Under the pieces are notes generated by a model. The model worked only from the letters and a program-made list of their open reading frames with translations. It was not told the origin of the DNA and made no database searches. The translations under genes and the position numbers were made by a program. A stretch of DNA of 64,000 bases from Nitriliruptoraceae bacterium. GTDB lineage: Bacteria; Actinomycetota; Nitriliruptoria; Nitriliruptorales; Nitriliruptoraceae. This document shows positions 18,998-26,917 of the stretch, in pieces (the first letter of the stretch is position 1; every line of letters starts with the position of its first letter). Location: positions 8 through 64,007 of the forward strand of contig JBJHAX010000008.1 in assembly GCA_050480705.1 (NCBI GenBank). The letters are read 5' to 3'.

Positions 18998-20116
18998 GTG
19001 TCCGAGATGGTCATCCCACGCGAACTGCTGCCGGCCGACGGTCGATTCGGTTCGGGGCCGAGCAAGGTCCGTCCTGAATCACTTGCCGCGCTGGCGCGCG
19101 TCGGCGACGAGATCCTCGGGACCTCCCACCGCCAGCAGCCCGTTCGACGTCAGGTGGCCCGGCTCCAGGCGAGCCTGCGTGACCTGTTCCGGCTGCCTGA
19201 CGGTTACGAAGTCGTGCTGGCTGTCGGCGGCGCCACGGCGTTCTGGGAATCGCTGGCGTTCGGCTTCGTCGAGACGCGTGCGCGCCATTACGCCTTCGGT
19301 GAGTTCAGTGCCAAGTTCGCGGCGGTGACGCGCGCTGCCCCATGGCTCGACGATCCCGATGTGATCGAGGCTGAGCCGGGAGACGCGCCCGTGGCGAGTG
19401 CGGCGCCGGGCTGTGACGTGCAGGCGTTGACGCACAACGAGACCTCGACCGGGGTGCTGCAGCAGCCCGCGCGCGTTGATGACGCGCTCGTGGTCGTCGA
19501 CGGCACGTCCGCGGCTGGCGCGGTGTCCTTCGACCTGCAGGCCACCGACGTGTACTACTTCAGCCTCCAGAAGGGTTTTGCGGCTGAAGGCGGGCTCACC
19601 GCTGCGTTCGTGTCACCCGCTGCGGTGGAGCGCATCGAGCGCATCAAGGCCAGCGGACGCTACGTACCTGCTTTTCTCGACCTTGTGGCAGCACTGGACA
19701 ACAGCCGCAAGAACCAGACGTACAACACGCCGAGCGTGTCGACGATCCTGCTCGCCGCCGAACAGGTCGACTGGATGCTCGAGACCTTCGGTGACCTCGA
19801 CGGGGTGGCCGCGCATCAGCACGAGAAGGCGGCGTCGTTGTACGGCTGGGCGGAGCAGCGCGCCTGGGCCGAGCCGTTCGTGCGTGACGTTGCACGCCGG
19901 TCACCCGTCGTCGCGACGATCGACCTGGATGACACGGTCGAGGCCGACGAGGTCAATGCGGTGCTGCGCGCCAATGGTGTCGTCGACACCGACGGGTACC
20001 GCAAGCTCGGCCGCAACCAGTTGAGGATCGCGATGTTCCCGGCGATCGAAGCTGCTGATCTCGAGGCCTATATGCGATGCGTGGACTGGGTGGTCGAGCA
20101 ACTCACCGCTCGGTAG
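18998..20116 (+). CDS. serC: Phosphoserine aminotransferase (actinobacterial type)
   Basis: DGRFGSGPSKVR, GTSHRQ.PV, GGATAFWE, YGEFSAKF, THNETSTGV, QKGFA, KNQTYNTP and YRKLGRNQLRIAMFPA match mycobacterial SerC closely. GTG 18998 lies 5 nt after GGAGG (alternatives 18992, 19007). Confidence 0.92.
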   Translation: MSEMVIPRELLPADGRFGSGPSKVRPESLAALARVGDEILGTSHRQQPVRRQVARLQASLRDLFRLPDGYEVVLAVGGATAFWESLAFGFVETRARHYAFGEFSAKFAAVTRAAPWLDDPDVIEAEPGDAPVASAAPGCDVQALTHNETSTGVLQQPARVDDALVVVDGTSAAGAVSFDLQATDVYYFSLQKGFAAEGGLTAAFVSPAAVERIERIKASGRYVPAFLDLVAALDNSRKNQTYNTPSVSTILLAAEQVDWMLETFGDLDGVAAHQHEKAASLYGWAEQRAWAEPFVRDVARRSPVVATIDLDDTVEADEVNAVLRANGVVDTDGYRKLGRNQLRIAMFPAIEAADLEAYMRCVDWVVEQLTAR

Positions 20117-20174
20117 CTGCCGCACCGGCGTGACGTCTCACGGGCCCACCGTGCTCGGCGGGCAGACGTGTGGT

Positions 20175-21083
20175 TCACGCGTCGTCGGAGCGCCCGCGCA
20201 GGAACCGTTCGATCTCGGCGGCGATTTCGTCCGCGGACGGGACCTCTTCCTCCGAGATCGCGATGCGTCCCGGTGCGTTCACTTCCGTGATGCGCTCGGC
20301 TTCGGCTTCGGCGTCGTAGAGGCGTTCGAGCTGACGCACGTGTTCGCTGACCTCGTCGGAGGAAGCCGCCGCGAGGTCCAGGCGGGTCCGGTTGTCGCTG
20401 ATCGCCTCGTCGAACTCCCCGAGATCGACCGGCGTGCCCAGATGCGCGCTGAGACGTTCGAGCAGGGTTCGTGTCGCCTGCGGATAGGTTCCCGCGACGT
20501 AATGGGGGATGCGCGCCCACATTCCCAGCGTGTCGACGCCCGCCTCGGCGAGCAGTTTCTCGATGACGACCTGGCAGGAGGCAGGAACGACCAGGTGCTC
20601 GTGTGCCCTGCCGAGCCGCTCAATGAGCTCAACGTCGCTTCCCGTGCACACGATGTGGACCGGGCGCGTGTGGGGGATGGGTCCGGGCACCGCGCCGAGG
20701 CCGACATGTCGTCGGATGCCGGTCAGCTCCACCAGTTCGCGAAGATCAGCGATCACGGTCTGCCATGACAGGTCCGGTTCGGCTCCGGTGACGGTGATGA
20801 GCTGAGGACCGCTGGGCGGGGTCACCACATCCACGACGAGCTCGGGCCACCGCAGCGCGCCGAGGATGCCCTGGTCGATCTCGAGTTCGGGCCGTCGGTC
20901 GCGGTAGTCGTAGAGCGCGTCGGGATCGAAGCTGGCGAGCCGGCGTGTATCGAATGCCTCGTGGAGCGTGCGCGCGGCCGACGATCCGGCCTCGCCGGCG
21001 TCGGTCCAGCCGTCGATCGCGACGAGCAGGACCGGGTCCTGTTCAGACGCCGGCGGCGAAGAATCGAATCGCAGGAGTTCCAT
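20175..21083 (-). CDS. PAC2 (proteasome assembly chaperone 2-like) family protein
   Basis: The 302-aa product shows PVLLVAIDGWTDAGEAGSSAA... and an acidic C-terminus, the typical actinobacterial PAC2 family layout. Confidence 0.7.
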   Translation of the reverse strand: MELLRFDSSPPASEQDPVLLVAIDGWTDAGEAGSSAARTLHEAFDTRRLASFDPDALYDYRDRRPELEIDQGILGALRWPELVVDVVTPPSGPQLITVTGAEPDLSWQTVIADLRELVELTGIRRHVGLGAVPGPIPHTRPVHIVCTGSDVELIERLGRAHEHLVVPASCQVVIEKLLAEAGVDTLGMWARIPHYVAGTYPQATRTLLERLSAHLGTPVDLGEFDEAISDNRTRLDLAAASSDEVSEHVRQLERLYDAEAEAERITEVNAPGRIAISEEEVPSADEIAAEIERFLRGRSDDA

Positions 21084-21216
21084 GACCTCACCGTACCGGG
21101 CGCGTGTGGTGCCTCAGGTCGCTGTTGCACTGCTGCGCCGCAGCTTTCGCGGGACTTCACTTTCTCCGACGCAAGTTGTGCGCAGTGCTGTGGCGTTGGT
21201 CGCTACGCTGCCTCAC

Positions 21217-21483
21217 ATGGATGAGACGACGCTTTCCAGTGGCGGCACCGCGCTCGCGGAGGTGCCGGCCAGCCGTGTTTGCACCCGCTGCGACGACGAG
21301 CAGGAACTCGTCGCCGTCGAACGCGGCCTCGGCAAGTACCGGTGTGGCCACTGCGAGCTGGTGGTCGGCTTCGACCTCGAGGCAGACCCTGCCGAGTTCC
21401 TGATCTCGCGCGGGCTGCCCAGCCGCTACACCAAGGACCTGTTCGGCAGCCACCTGCTGTCGAACGAGCGCCGTCTTCCCTGA
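21217..21483 (+). CDS. Small zinc-ribbon protein (88 aa), hypothetical
   Basis: Starts at ATG 21217. Two CxxC pairs are present (CTRCDD ... CGHCE). The stop lies 4 nt before the rnhA start. Confidence 0.45.
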   Translation: MDETTLSSGGTALAEVPASRVCTRCDDEQELVAVERGLGKYRCGHCELVVGFDLEADPAEFLISRGLPSRYTKDLFGSHLLSNERRLP

Positions 21484-21487
21484 AGGC

Positions 21488-21928
21488 GTGACTTCCGACG
21501 ACGGGGTCTACACCGACGGATCTGCCAGCCCGAATCCCGGACCTGGCGGGTGGGCGGCGGTGTACGTGGTCGATGGCGAGGTCGTCGCCGAGGCCACGGG
21601 TTCCGAGGCACACACCACCAACAACCGCATGGAACTCACCGCACTGTTGCGTGGCATCGACCTGGTTCCCGACGGCACGTCCACCACGCTGTACAGCGAC
21701 TCGAATCTCGCGGTACGCACGGTCAACGAATGGGCTGCCGGCTGGGAGCGCCGCGGATGGAAGCGACGCACCGGGCCGGTGGAGAATCTGGACCTCGTGC
21801 GGCCGTTGTACGAGCTGCTGCGCCGACGTCCTGAGCTTCGGGTGGCATGGATCAAGGCGCACGCCGGTCACCGCTGGAACGAACACGCCGATCAGCTCGC
21901 CTTCGACGCGGGTCGACGCCAGGCCTGA
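21488..21928 (+). CDS. rnhA: Ribonuclease HI
   Basis: YTDGSASPNPGPGGWAAV..., TNNRMEL.A, LYSDSN, and KAHAGHRWNEHADQLA place the DEDD catalytic residues in canonical contexts. Confidence 0.9.
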   Translation: MTSDDGVYTDGSASPNPGPGGWAAVYVVDGEVVAEATGSEAHTTNNRMELTALLRGIDLVPDGTSTTLYSDSNLAVRTVNEWAAGWERRGWKRRTGPVENLDLVRPLYELLRRRPELRVAWIKAHAGHRWNEHADQLAFDAGRRQA

Positions 21929-21970
21929 GCTTGCCGACGTCGGCGACGAGACGCTGGTTTCGTGGCCTTT

Positions 21971-22279
21971 CTAGGCCCACCCGACGAGACGCACGAGCGC
22001 GGTGACTGCAGCGCCGGTGAGCACGACGAGCCCGAACGGTGCACGCAGCGCGACTGCCACTGCTGCTGCCGCGACACCGGCGATGCGGGCGTCGATGGCC
22101 AGTTCGGCGCCTGCGGCGAGCGTCTGATTCGCAACGAGTGCTGCGAGCAGTGCCGCGGGCAGCAACTCGGCAAGTTGCCGGCCGCGTGGCGGCAGGTCGC
22201 GGCCTGCTGCGGCGAGTGGACCGATCGCCTTCATCAGGTAGGTGCCCACCGCCAGCGCGACGAGGCTCGCGATCATCAT
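21971..22279 (-). CDS. azlD: AzlD family branched-chain amino acid transport protein
   Basis: A roughly 101-aa hydrophobic protein (MIASLVALAVGTYLMKAIGPL...). Its start overlaps the azlC stop by 4 nt. Confidence 0.75.
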   Translation of the reverse strand: MMIASLVALAVGTYLMKAIGPLAAAGRDLPPRGRQLAELLPAALLAALVANQTLAAGAELAIDARIAGVAAAAVAVALRAPFGLVVLTGAAVTALVRLVGWA

Positions 22280-23058
22280 CTGGGCGTGCCGTTCACTCGA
22301 GGGCTGTCGGCTACATCGCTGGAGGCGTTCGTGGCGCCGGTGTGTCCGTCGCGTTGCGCCGCACGCCGTTCTTCGCGCTGCAGCAACGGCAGTGCCGCCA
22401 GCGCACCGACGGCCGCGACGAGGATCGGCACTCCTGGCGGGCTCAGCGGGGTGAGGCCAACGGCGAGGACGGCGCCGAGCAGTGCCGCGAGACGGCCCGA
22501 CGGGCGTCGCAGCCACGGCGCCAGCAGCGCCAGGAAGCCTGCAGGGAACGCGGCGTCGAGGCCGATGACCTCCGGGTCGCCGAGCAGGCTGCCCGCGTAG
22601 GCGCCGATGGCGGTGGCGCCGATCCAAGCGACGACCACGGTCCAGGCGGTGATCCGAAAGCGGCGTGCGACGTGTTCGTGCGGGCCGTCGAGGCCGATCG
22701 CGACCGACTCGTCGACGACGAGATAGCCGTCGAGTGCACGCCGGGCCAGCCCCGCGCGCGGCAGGTGGGCCGCGATCGCGAAACCGAAGGCGAGGTAGCG
22801 CACGTTGAGCAGTAGCCCACCGAGCGCCCCCATCGCCGGGGAGCCGCCCGCTGCGAGTACACCCACGAACGCGAACTGCGACCCTCCGGCAAGCACCACG
22901 ATGCTCGACAACGTCGCGAGCCAAGGGGAAAGCCCTGCAGCGACAGCAAGCACGCCGTACGAGAGCCCGTAGGCGGCCACAGCGACGCCGACCGGCACCG
23001 CTTTGGCGAGAACCGGATCGAAGCTGCCGACGTCGAACGTCCGGAAAGGCGACCGCAT
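22276..23058 (-). CDS. azlC: AzlC family branched-chain amino acid permease subunit
   Basis: Starts at ATG 23058. The 260-aa product contains ...GLSYGVLAVAAGLSPWLATLSSIVVLAGGSQFAFVGVL...LLLNVRYLAFG..., typical of AzlC. Confidence 0.8.
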   Translation of the reverse strand: MRSPFRTFDVGSFDPVLAKAVPVGVAVAAYGLSYGVLAVAAGLSPWLATLSSIVVLAGGSQFAFVGVLAAGGSPAMGALGGLLLNVRYLAFGFAIAAHLPRAGLARRALDGYLVVDESVAIGLDGPHEHVARRFRITAWTVVVAWIGATAIGAYAGSLLGDPEVIGLDAAFPAGFLALLAPWLRRPSGRLAALLGAVLAVGLTPLSPPGVPILVAAVGALAALPLLQREERRAAQRDGHTGATNASSDVADSPRVNGTPR

Positions 23059-23240
23059 CGTGCGGTATGCTGCACGAGCGTCGTCCCGGATGCACATCGA
23101 CCGACCGCTCCGAGCGTTCGGCGCACGCGGCGGCGCCGCATGAGCCGCTGGGGGACACGGCGATCGGGGGGGATGCGGCGCTCCGCGTGCGATACTGCCC
23201 TGCCACGGCCCTCGAGGGGCCTCGGGGACAGGATGCGCTG

Positions 23241-23828
23241 ATGGGACGCGGATGGCAGCCGCAGGCCGACGTCGACAACGCTGCGACGGTCCGTGAACGC
23301 GTGGCCACGACGGTGCGCACGTTGCGCCAGGAACAGCGGCGAAGCCTGCAGGATCTCGCGGAGGCTGCGGGCATCGGCAAGTCGACCCTGCACGCCATCG
23401 AATCTGGCGACGCCAATCCGGGCATCGAGACCCTGTGGGCGCTGGCGCGCGCACTGGAGGTGCCCTTCGGCGCACTGCTCGAGCCGCCTGCTCCCCAGAT
23501 ACGCGTCGTACGCGCCGGTGAAGGGCCGCGTGTGGACAACGCGGACGCCACGATGCGTGCCCGGCTGCTCGCCTCGTCGGCACACGGCAGCCGCGTCGAG
23601 CTGTACGCAATCCATCTGTCGCCGCCTGGCGGTCGTGAAGCCGAACCACACAGCGCAGGCACGGTCGAACATGTCCTGGCCATTTCGGGGCGGCTGTCTG
23701 TGGGGCCGGCGGAGAGCCCGGTGGAACTCGCCCCGGGCGACTATGCATCGTTCGCCGCCGACCGTGCGCACCGTTACGACGCGCTCGACGACGACGTCGA
23801 AGCCGTCATGCTGATCGAGTACCCGTGA
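23241..23828 (+). CDS. XRE family transcriptional regulator with C-terminal cupin domain
   Basis: The HTH is LRQEQRRSLQDLAEAAGIGKSTLHAIESGDANPGIETLWALARAL. The cupin part is ...HSAGTVEHVLAISGRLSVG...GDYASFAADRAHRY. The gene is divergent from azlCD. Confidence 0.82.
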   Translation: MGRGWQPQADVDNAATVRERVATTVRTLRQEQRRSLQDLAEAAGIGKSTLHAIESGDANPGIETLWALARALEVPFGALLEPPAPQIRVVRAGEGPRVDNADATMRARLLASSAHGSRVELYAIHLSPPGGREAEPHSAGTVEHVLAISGRLSVGPAESPVELAPGDYASFAADRAHRYDALDDDVEAVMLIEYP

Positions 23829-23861
23829 CGCGGATCACGGCCGTCCGGCCGCCCACGCGTT

Positions 23862-24284
23862 TCAGGCCTCCGGGGGTCGCCGCAGTCGTTTGAGCTGCGC
23901 ACGGTGTTCCTTTGCGCGCCGTCGTCGCTGCTTGGCCGCGCGGGACGGACGCGTCGCCTGACGCGGCGTGGGTGGCTCGAGCGCCTCGCCCACCACCGCC
24001 GCGAATCGACTGACGAGCGCGTCACGGTTTCGATGCTGAGAGCGGTGCTCGGACGAGCGCAGGATCAGCACACCGTCAGCGGTCAGTCGCGCGGCAAGGC
24101 GGTCGAGCAGCCGCGCACGCTGACGTTCGTCGAGTGCCTGTGACGCTGGCACCGACCAGCGCAGCTCGACGCGCGAATCGGTGGTGTTGGCGTGTTGGCC
24201 GCCGGGGCCCGACGAGCGTGACGTGCGGAACTCGATCTCGCGCTCCGGGATGACGACACCGTGGGACAGGCGGATGCTGGCCAT
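23862..24284 (-). CDS. arfB: Alternative ribosome-rescue factor ArfB (peptidyl-tRNA hydrolase, class I RF-like)
   Basis: The 140-aa product contains RSSGPGGQHANTTDSRVEL with the GGQ motif and a basic C-terminal tail (AAKQRRRRAKEHRAQLKRLRR). Confidence 0.9.
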   Translation of the reverse strand: MASIRLSHGVVIPEREIEFRTSRSSGPGGQHANTTDSRVELRWSVPASQALDERQRARLLDRLAARLTADGVLILRSSEHRSQHRNRDALVSRFAAVVGEALEPPTPRQATRPSRAAKQRRRRAKEHRAQLKRLRRPPEA

Positions 24285-24301
24285 GACGCGAGCGTAGAGG
24301 A

Positions 24302-25312
24302 TCAGCGGACCGCCTCCTGCGGTTGGTGCACGGCTCGGCCGAACGTTTGGGAGGCTGCCTTCGGCAGGGCCTCGTCGCGGCGGTAGCGCTGCCGGTAGGC
24401 GGCGGGCGACGAACTGGTTGCCGCCCGAAAATGGGTGCGCAGGTTGGTCGCGGTGCCAAGCCCCACCCGCCGCGCGATCGCGTCGACAGGCAGGTCGGTG
24501 GTCTCCAGCAGATCCTGTGCGCGCGCAACCCGCCGGTGTATCAACCACCGCATCGGCGTGGTTCCGGTCGCGTCCCGAAAGCGGCGGGCAAGGGTTCGCG
24601 GGCTCATCGCCGCCAGCCGCGCGACATCGTCGACGGTGACGGGCTCGTCGAGGTGTTCCTCCATCCACTCGAGGACGGGCTGGATCCCGTCGCGGTAGGG
24701 CACTGTCGGCACGGGACGGAACACGAACTGCGACTGTCCCCCTTCTCGATGCGGAGCGATGACCATGCGACGTGCGACCTGGTTCGCGATCTCGCTGCCG
24801 TAATCGCAACGCACGATGTGCAGGGCAAGATCGATGCCGCCTGCCGTTCCCGCGGAGGTCAGTACCTGCCCGTCGTCGACGTAGAGCACGTCCGGGTCGA
24901 ACGACACGCGCGGGTAGCGCGTCGCGAGCTCCTCGGCGTACATCCAGTGCGTCGTTGCCGTGCGCCCGTCGAGAATCCCTGCTGCAGCCAACGCGAACGC
25001 CCCGGAGCAGAACGACACCATCCTGGCACCCCGGTCGTAGGCGTCGCGAAGCGCGCTGACTGCCGACGGCGGCGGATCGAGGGGGCATGCGGGGACGACG
25101 ATGGTGTCCGCATCGGCAAGCGCATCGAGACCGTGCGGCGTATCGATCGTCCATCCGCCGTTGACCACCAGGGGACGGACGACGGCCGCCAGGCGATGCT
25201 CGTACCACGCAACGCCCAGTTCGGGCCGTGTGAGGTCGAACACCTCGCAGGCGACGGCGAACTCGAACGGGTTTGCGCCGGGCATGAGCAGGGTCACGAC
25301 ACGGTGTGCCAT
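24302..25312 (-). CDS. GlxA family transcriptional regulator (DJ-1/PfpI-like domain + AraC-type HTH)
   Basis: The N-terminal domain shows VVTLLMPGANPFEFAVACEVF...SFCSGAFALAAAGILDGR. The C-terminal AraC HTH shows ...VDDVARLAAMSPRTLARRFRDATGTTPMRWLIHRRVARAQDLLE. Confidence 0.88.
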   Translation of the reverse strand: MAHRVVTLLMPGANPFEFAVACEVFDLTRPELGVAWYEHRLAAVVRPLVVNGGWTIDTPHGLDALADADTIVVPACPLDPPPSAVSALRDAYDRGARMVSFCSGAFALAAAGILDGRTATTHWMYAEELATRYPRVSFDPDVLYVDDGQVLTSAGTAGGIDLALHIVRCDYGSEIANQVARRMVIAPHREGGQSQFVFRPVPTVPYRDGIQPVLEWMEEHLDEPVTVDDVARLAAMSPRTLARRFRDATGTTPMRWLIHRRVARAQDLLETTDLPVDAIARRVGLGTATNLRTHFRAATSSSPAAYRQRYRRDEALPKAASQTFGRAVHQPQEAVR

Positions 25313-25396
25313 CGTCGCGCTCCTTCCGATGCGGCGTGGCCTGTCGATCGTCGCCGCAGGCGGGTGCAGGTGACTGTACGCCTACTCACAGCCGCT

Positions 25397-25455
25397 TGGC
25401 AGGATCCTTTCGGTGTACGGCCGGCTTGTTGCGCACTGGCAGGAACCTTTCGGTG
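25397..25455. promoter_or_regulatory. Two copies of a 19-nt direct repeat TGGCAGGA(T/A)CCTTTCGGTG, 40 nt apart (possible operator pair)
   Basis: The copies at 25397-25415 and 25437-25455 match at 18 of 19 positions. They lie in the region divergent from the GlxA-type regulator gene. The repeat is seen directly; its function is inferred. Confidence 0.4.
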
Positions 25456-25552
25456 CGCGTCGTTGCCGCCACTCGCGGCCGTCGGATGCGCATGCGACGT
25501 TGCCGGTGCACGCCAAGCGAGCGCATGGCGTGCCCGCAAACGGAGACCACCG

Positions 25553-26020
25553 ATGGACCACGACATGCACGTCCCACCGACCAACGACGACGCGCTCGCC
25601 GTGCTCGCCAACCTCGTCGCAGACGCTGCGATGACGACTCCCGACGACAGCGCTGCGCTGCACCTGCTGCGGCAACGCGCCACGACCACCTTCGCCGCGT
25701 TGCGTCGCTTGGGCGTGGCACCTGCCCATCTGCGGCTCGAGGCACGCGACAACGAGGCCACGGTGCTGCGTGCCATCGCTGCAGCAGCACGCCATGCGCG
25801 CGCCCATCAGGTCCGGGTGGCATCCTCAGGAGGCCGAACCGTCCCCGAGGATCTCGTCGAGCGTCGCCGTTTCGACCAGGATGCGAGCAGCAGCCGTGAC
25901 CAGCGGGATGGCGAGTGCGGCGCCGCTGGCTTCACCGAGGCGCATGTCGAGTTCGAACAGTGGATCGAGGCCCAGAGCGCGCAGGACGTGGGACGCGCCC
26001 GGCTCGGCCGAGCGGTGTGA
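25553..26020 (+). CDS. Candidate hypothetical protein (uncertain; 3' end overlaps convergent cobT)
   Basis: ATG 25553 lies 8 nt after GGAG, and G/C third positions are strong from the start (MDHDMHVPPTNDDALAVLANLVADAAM...). There is no stop until 26020, about 195 nt inside cobT on the other strand, so part or all of it could be a GC-shadow ORF. Confidence 0.25.
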   Translation: MDHDMHVPPTNDDALAVLANLVADAAMTTPDDSAALHLLRQRATTTFAALRRLGVAPAHLRLEARDNEATVLRAIAAAARHARAHQVRVASSGGRTVPEDLVERRRFDQDASSSRDQRDGECGAAGFTEAHVEFEQWIEAQSAQDVGRARLGRAV

Positions 26021-26917
26021 GGCGATCGTGTAGCTGGTGATGGCGGGCTCGATGGCGTGTGCGACCAGCGCTGCGGCTCCGACGACGAAGCCGTCGAGGA
26101 TGACGGGGATCCGTCTGGCCGCCGCGGCGGCCATCGCACCGACGAGCGCGGCGTGCTCGTAGCCGCCGAGCGAGGCAAGCACGCCTGCGGGATCCCGGTC
26201 TGGCCCGTGTCGGGCGAGCGCGCGCTCGACGACGTCGACCTTGCGCGCCACCTTGCTGCCGTCGAGGTTGGCGCCCTGGCCGGTCACCTCGGCTGCGGGC
26301 AACCCGGTCAGCGCTGCGACCAGGCACGACGACGTCGTGGTGTTGCCGATGCCGAGATCACCAAGCGCCAACAGATCCGGTCCCGGTATGGCCGGGTCGG
26401 CAAAGGCGTCGTCGATCGCGCGGCGCCCCGCGTCGACGGCCGCCTGGCAGTCGCGTCGTGACATCGCGGCGTCCTGGGTCACATCAGCGGTCCCCGGTCC
26501 GATAGACGCAGCGATCCAGCGCATCTCGCGCCCCGGTTGTTCGTCAGTCGGGCTGAAGCGAGGCGTGTCGATGCCGACGTCGAGCAGCCACACCGGCGCC
26601 GAGACGCAGCGTGCGATCGCGCTTGCGGCGGAGGCGCCGCGGGCGAGCGTGGCGGCAACCAGCGCCGTGACCTCACGTGGCCAATCGGAGATCCCCTGGG
26701 CGTGCACCCCATGATCACCTGCGGCAACGAGCACGACCGGGTTGCGGGGAACCGGCGGCGGACAGTGCTGGGCGATGGCGGCCAGCTGCGCGCCGAGCGT
26801 CTCGAGCCGCCCGAGACTGCCCGGCGGTGTCGCGAGTTCGCCGTGACGTCGCATCGCAGCGTCACGGTGAGTCCCGGACACGGGGGCAATGGCGGGAAGG
26901 GTGATCATCGTGTCCAT
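25826..26917 (-). CDS. cobT: Nicotinate-nucleotide--dimethylbenzimidazole phosphoribosyltransferase
   Basis: Starts at ATG 26917. Contains LATPPGSLGRLE, VAAGDHGV, LGDLGIGNTT, GYEHAALVGA and MRLGEASGAALA. Confidence 0.9.
   Translation of the reverse strand: MDTMITLPAIAPVSGTHRDAAMRRHGELATPPGSLGRLETLGAQLAAIAQHCPPPVPRNPVVLVAAGDHGVHAQGISDWPREVTALVAATLARGASAASAIARCVSAPVWLLDVGIDTPRFSPTDEQPGREMRWIAASIGPGTADVTQDAAMSRRDCQAAVDAGRRAIDDAFADPAIPGPDLLALGDLGIGNTTTSSCLVAALTGLPAAEVTGQGANLDGSKVARKVDVVERALARHGPDRDPAGVLASLGGYEHAALVGAMAAAAARRIPVILDGFVVGAAALVAHAIEPAITSYTIASHRSAEPGASHVLRALGLDPLFELDMRLGEASGAALAIPLVTAAARILVETATLDEILGDGSAS

Noticed and set aside
21933-21944. 12-nt perfect palindrome GCCGACGTCGGC between convergent rnhA and azlD.
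   Set aside because: It is too short and loop-less to be a credible terminator, and such GC palindromes are expected by chance in this composition.
25397-25455. Reading the TGGCAGGAnCCTTTCGG repeats as sigma-54 (-24 GG / -12 GC) promoters.
   Set aside because: The -12 element is TTTC rather than TTGC. Actinobacteria are not known to encode RpoN, and no enhancer-binding protein gene is nearby. A direct-repeat operator is the more conservative reading.
24323-26020. 565-aa plus-strand ORF spanning the GlxA-type gene, the intergenic region and the end of cobT.
   Set aside because: Most of it is antisense to two well-supported genes. Only the segment from ATG 25553 is kept, as a low-confidence candidate.
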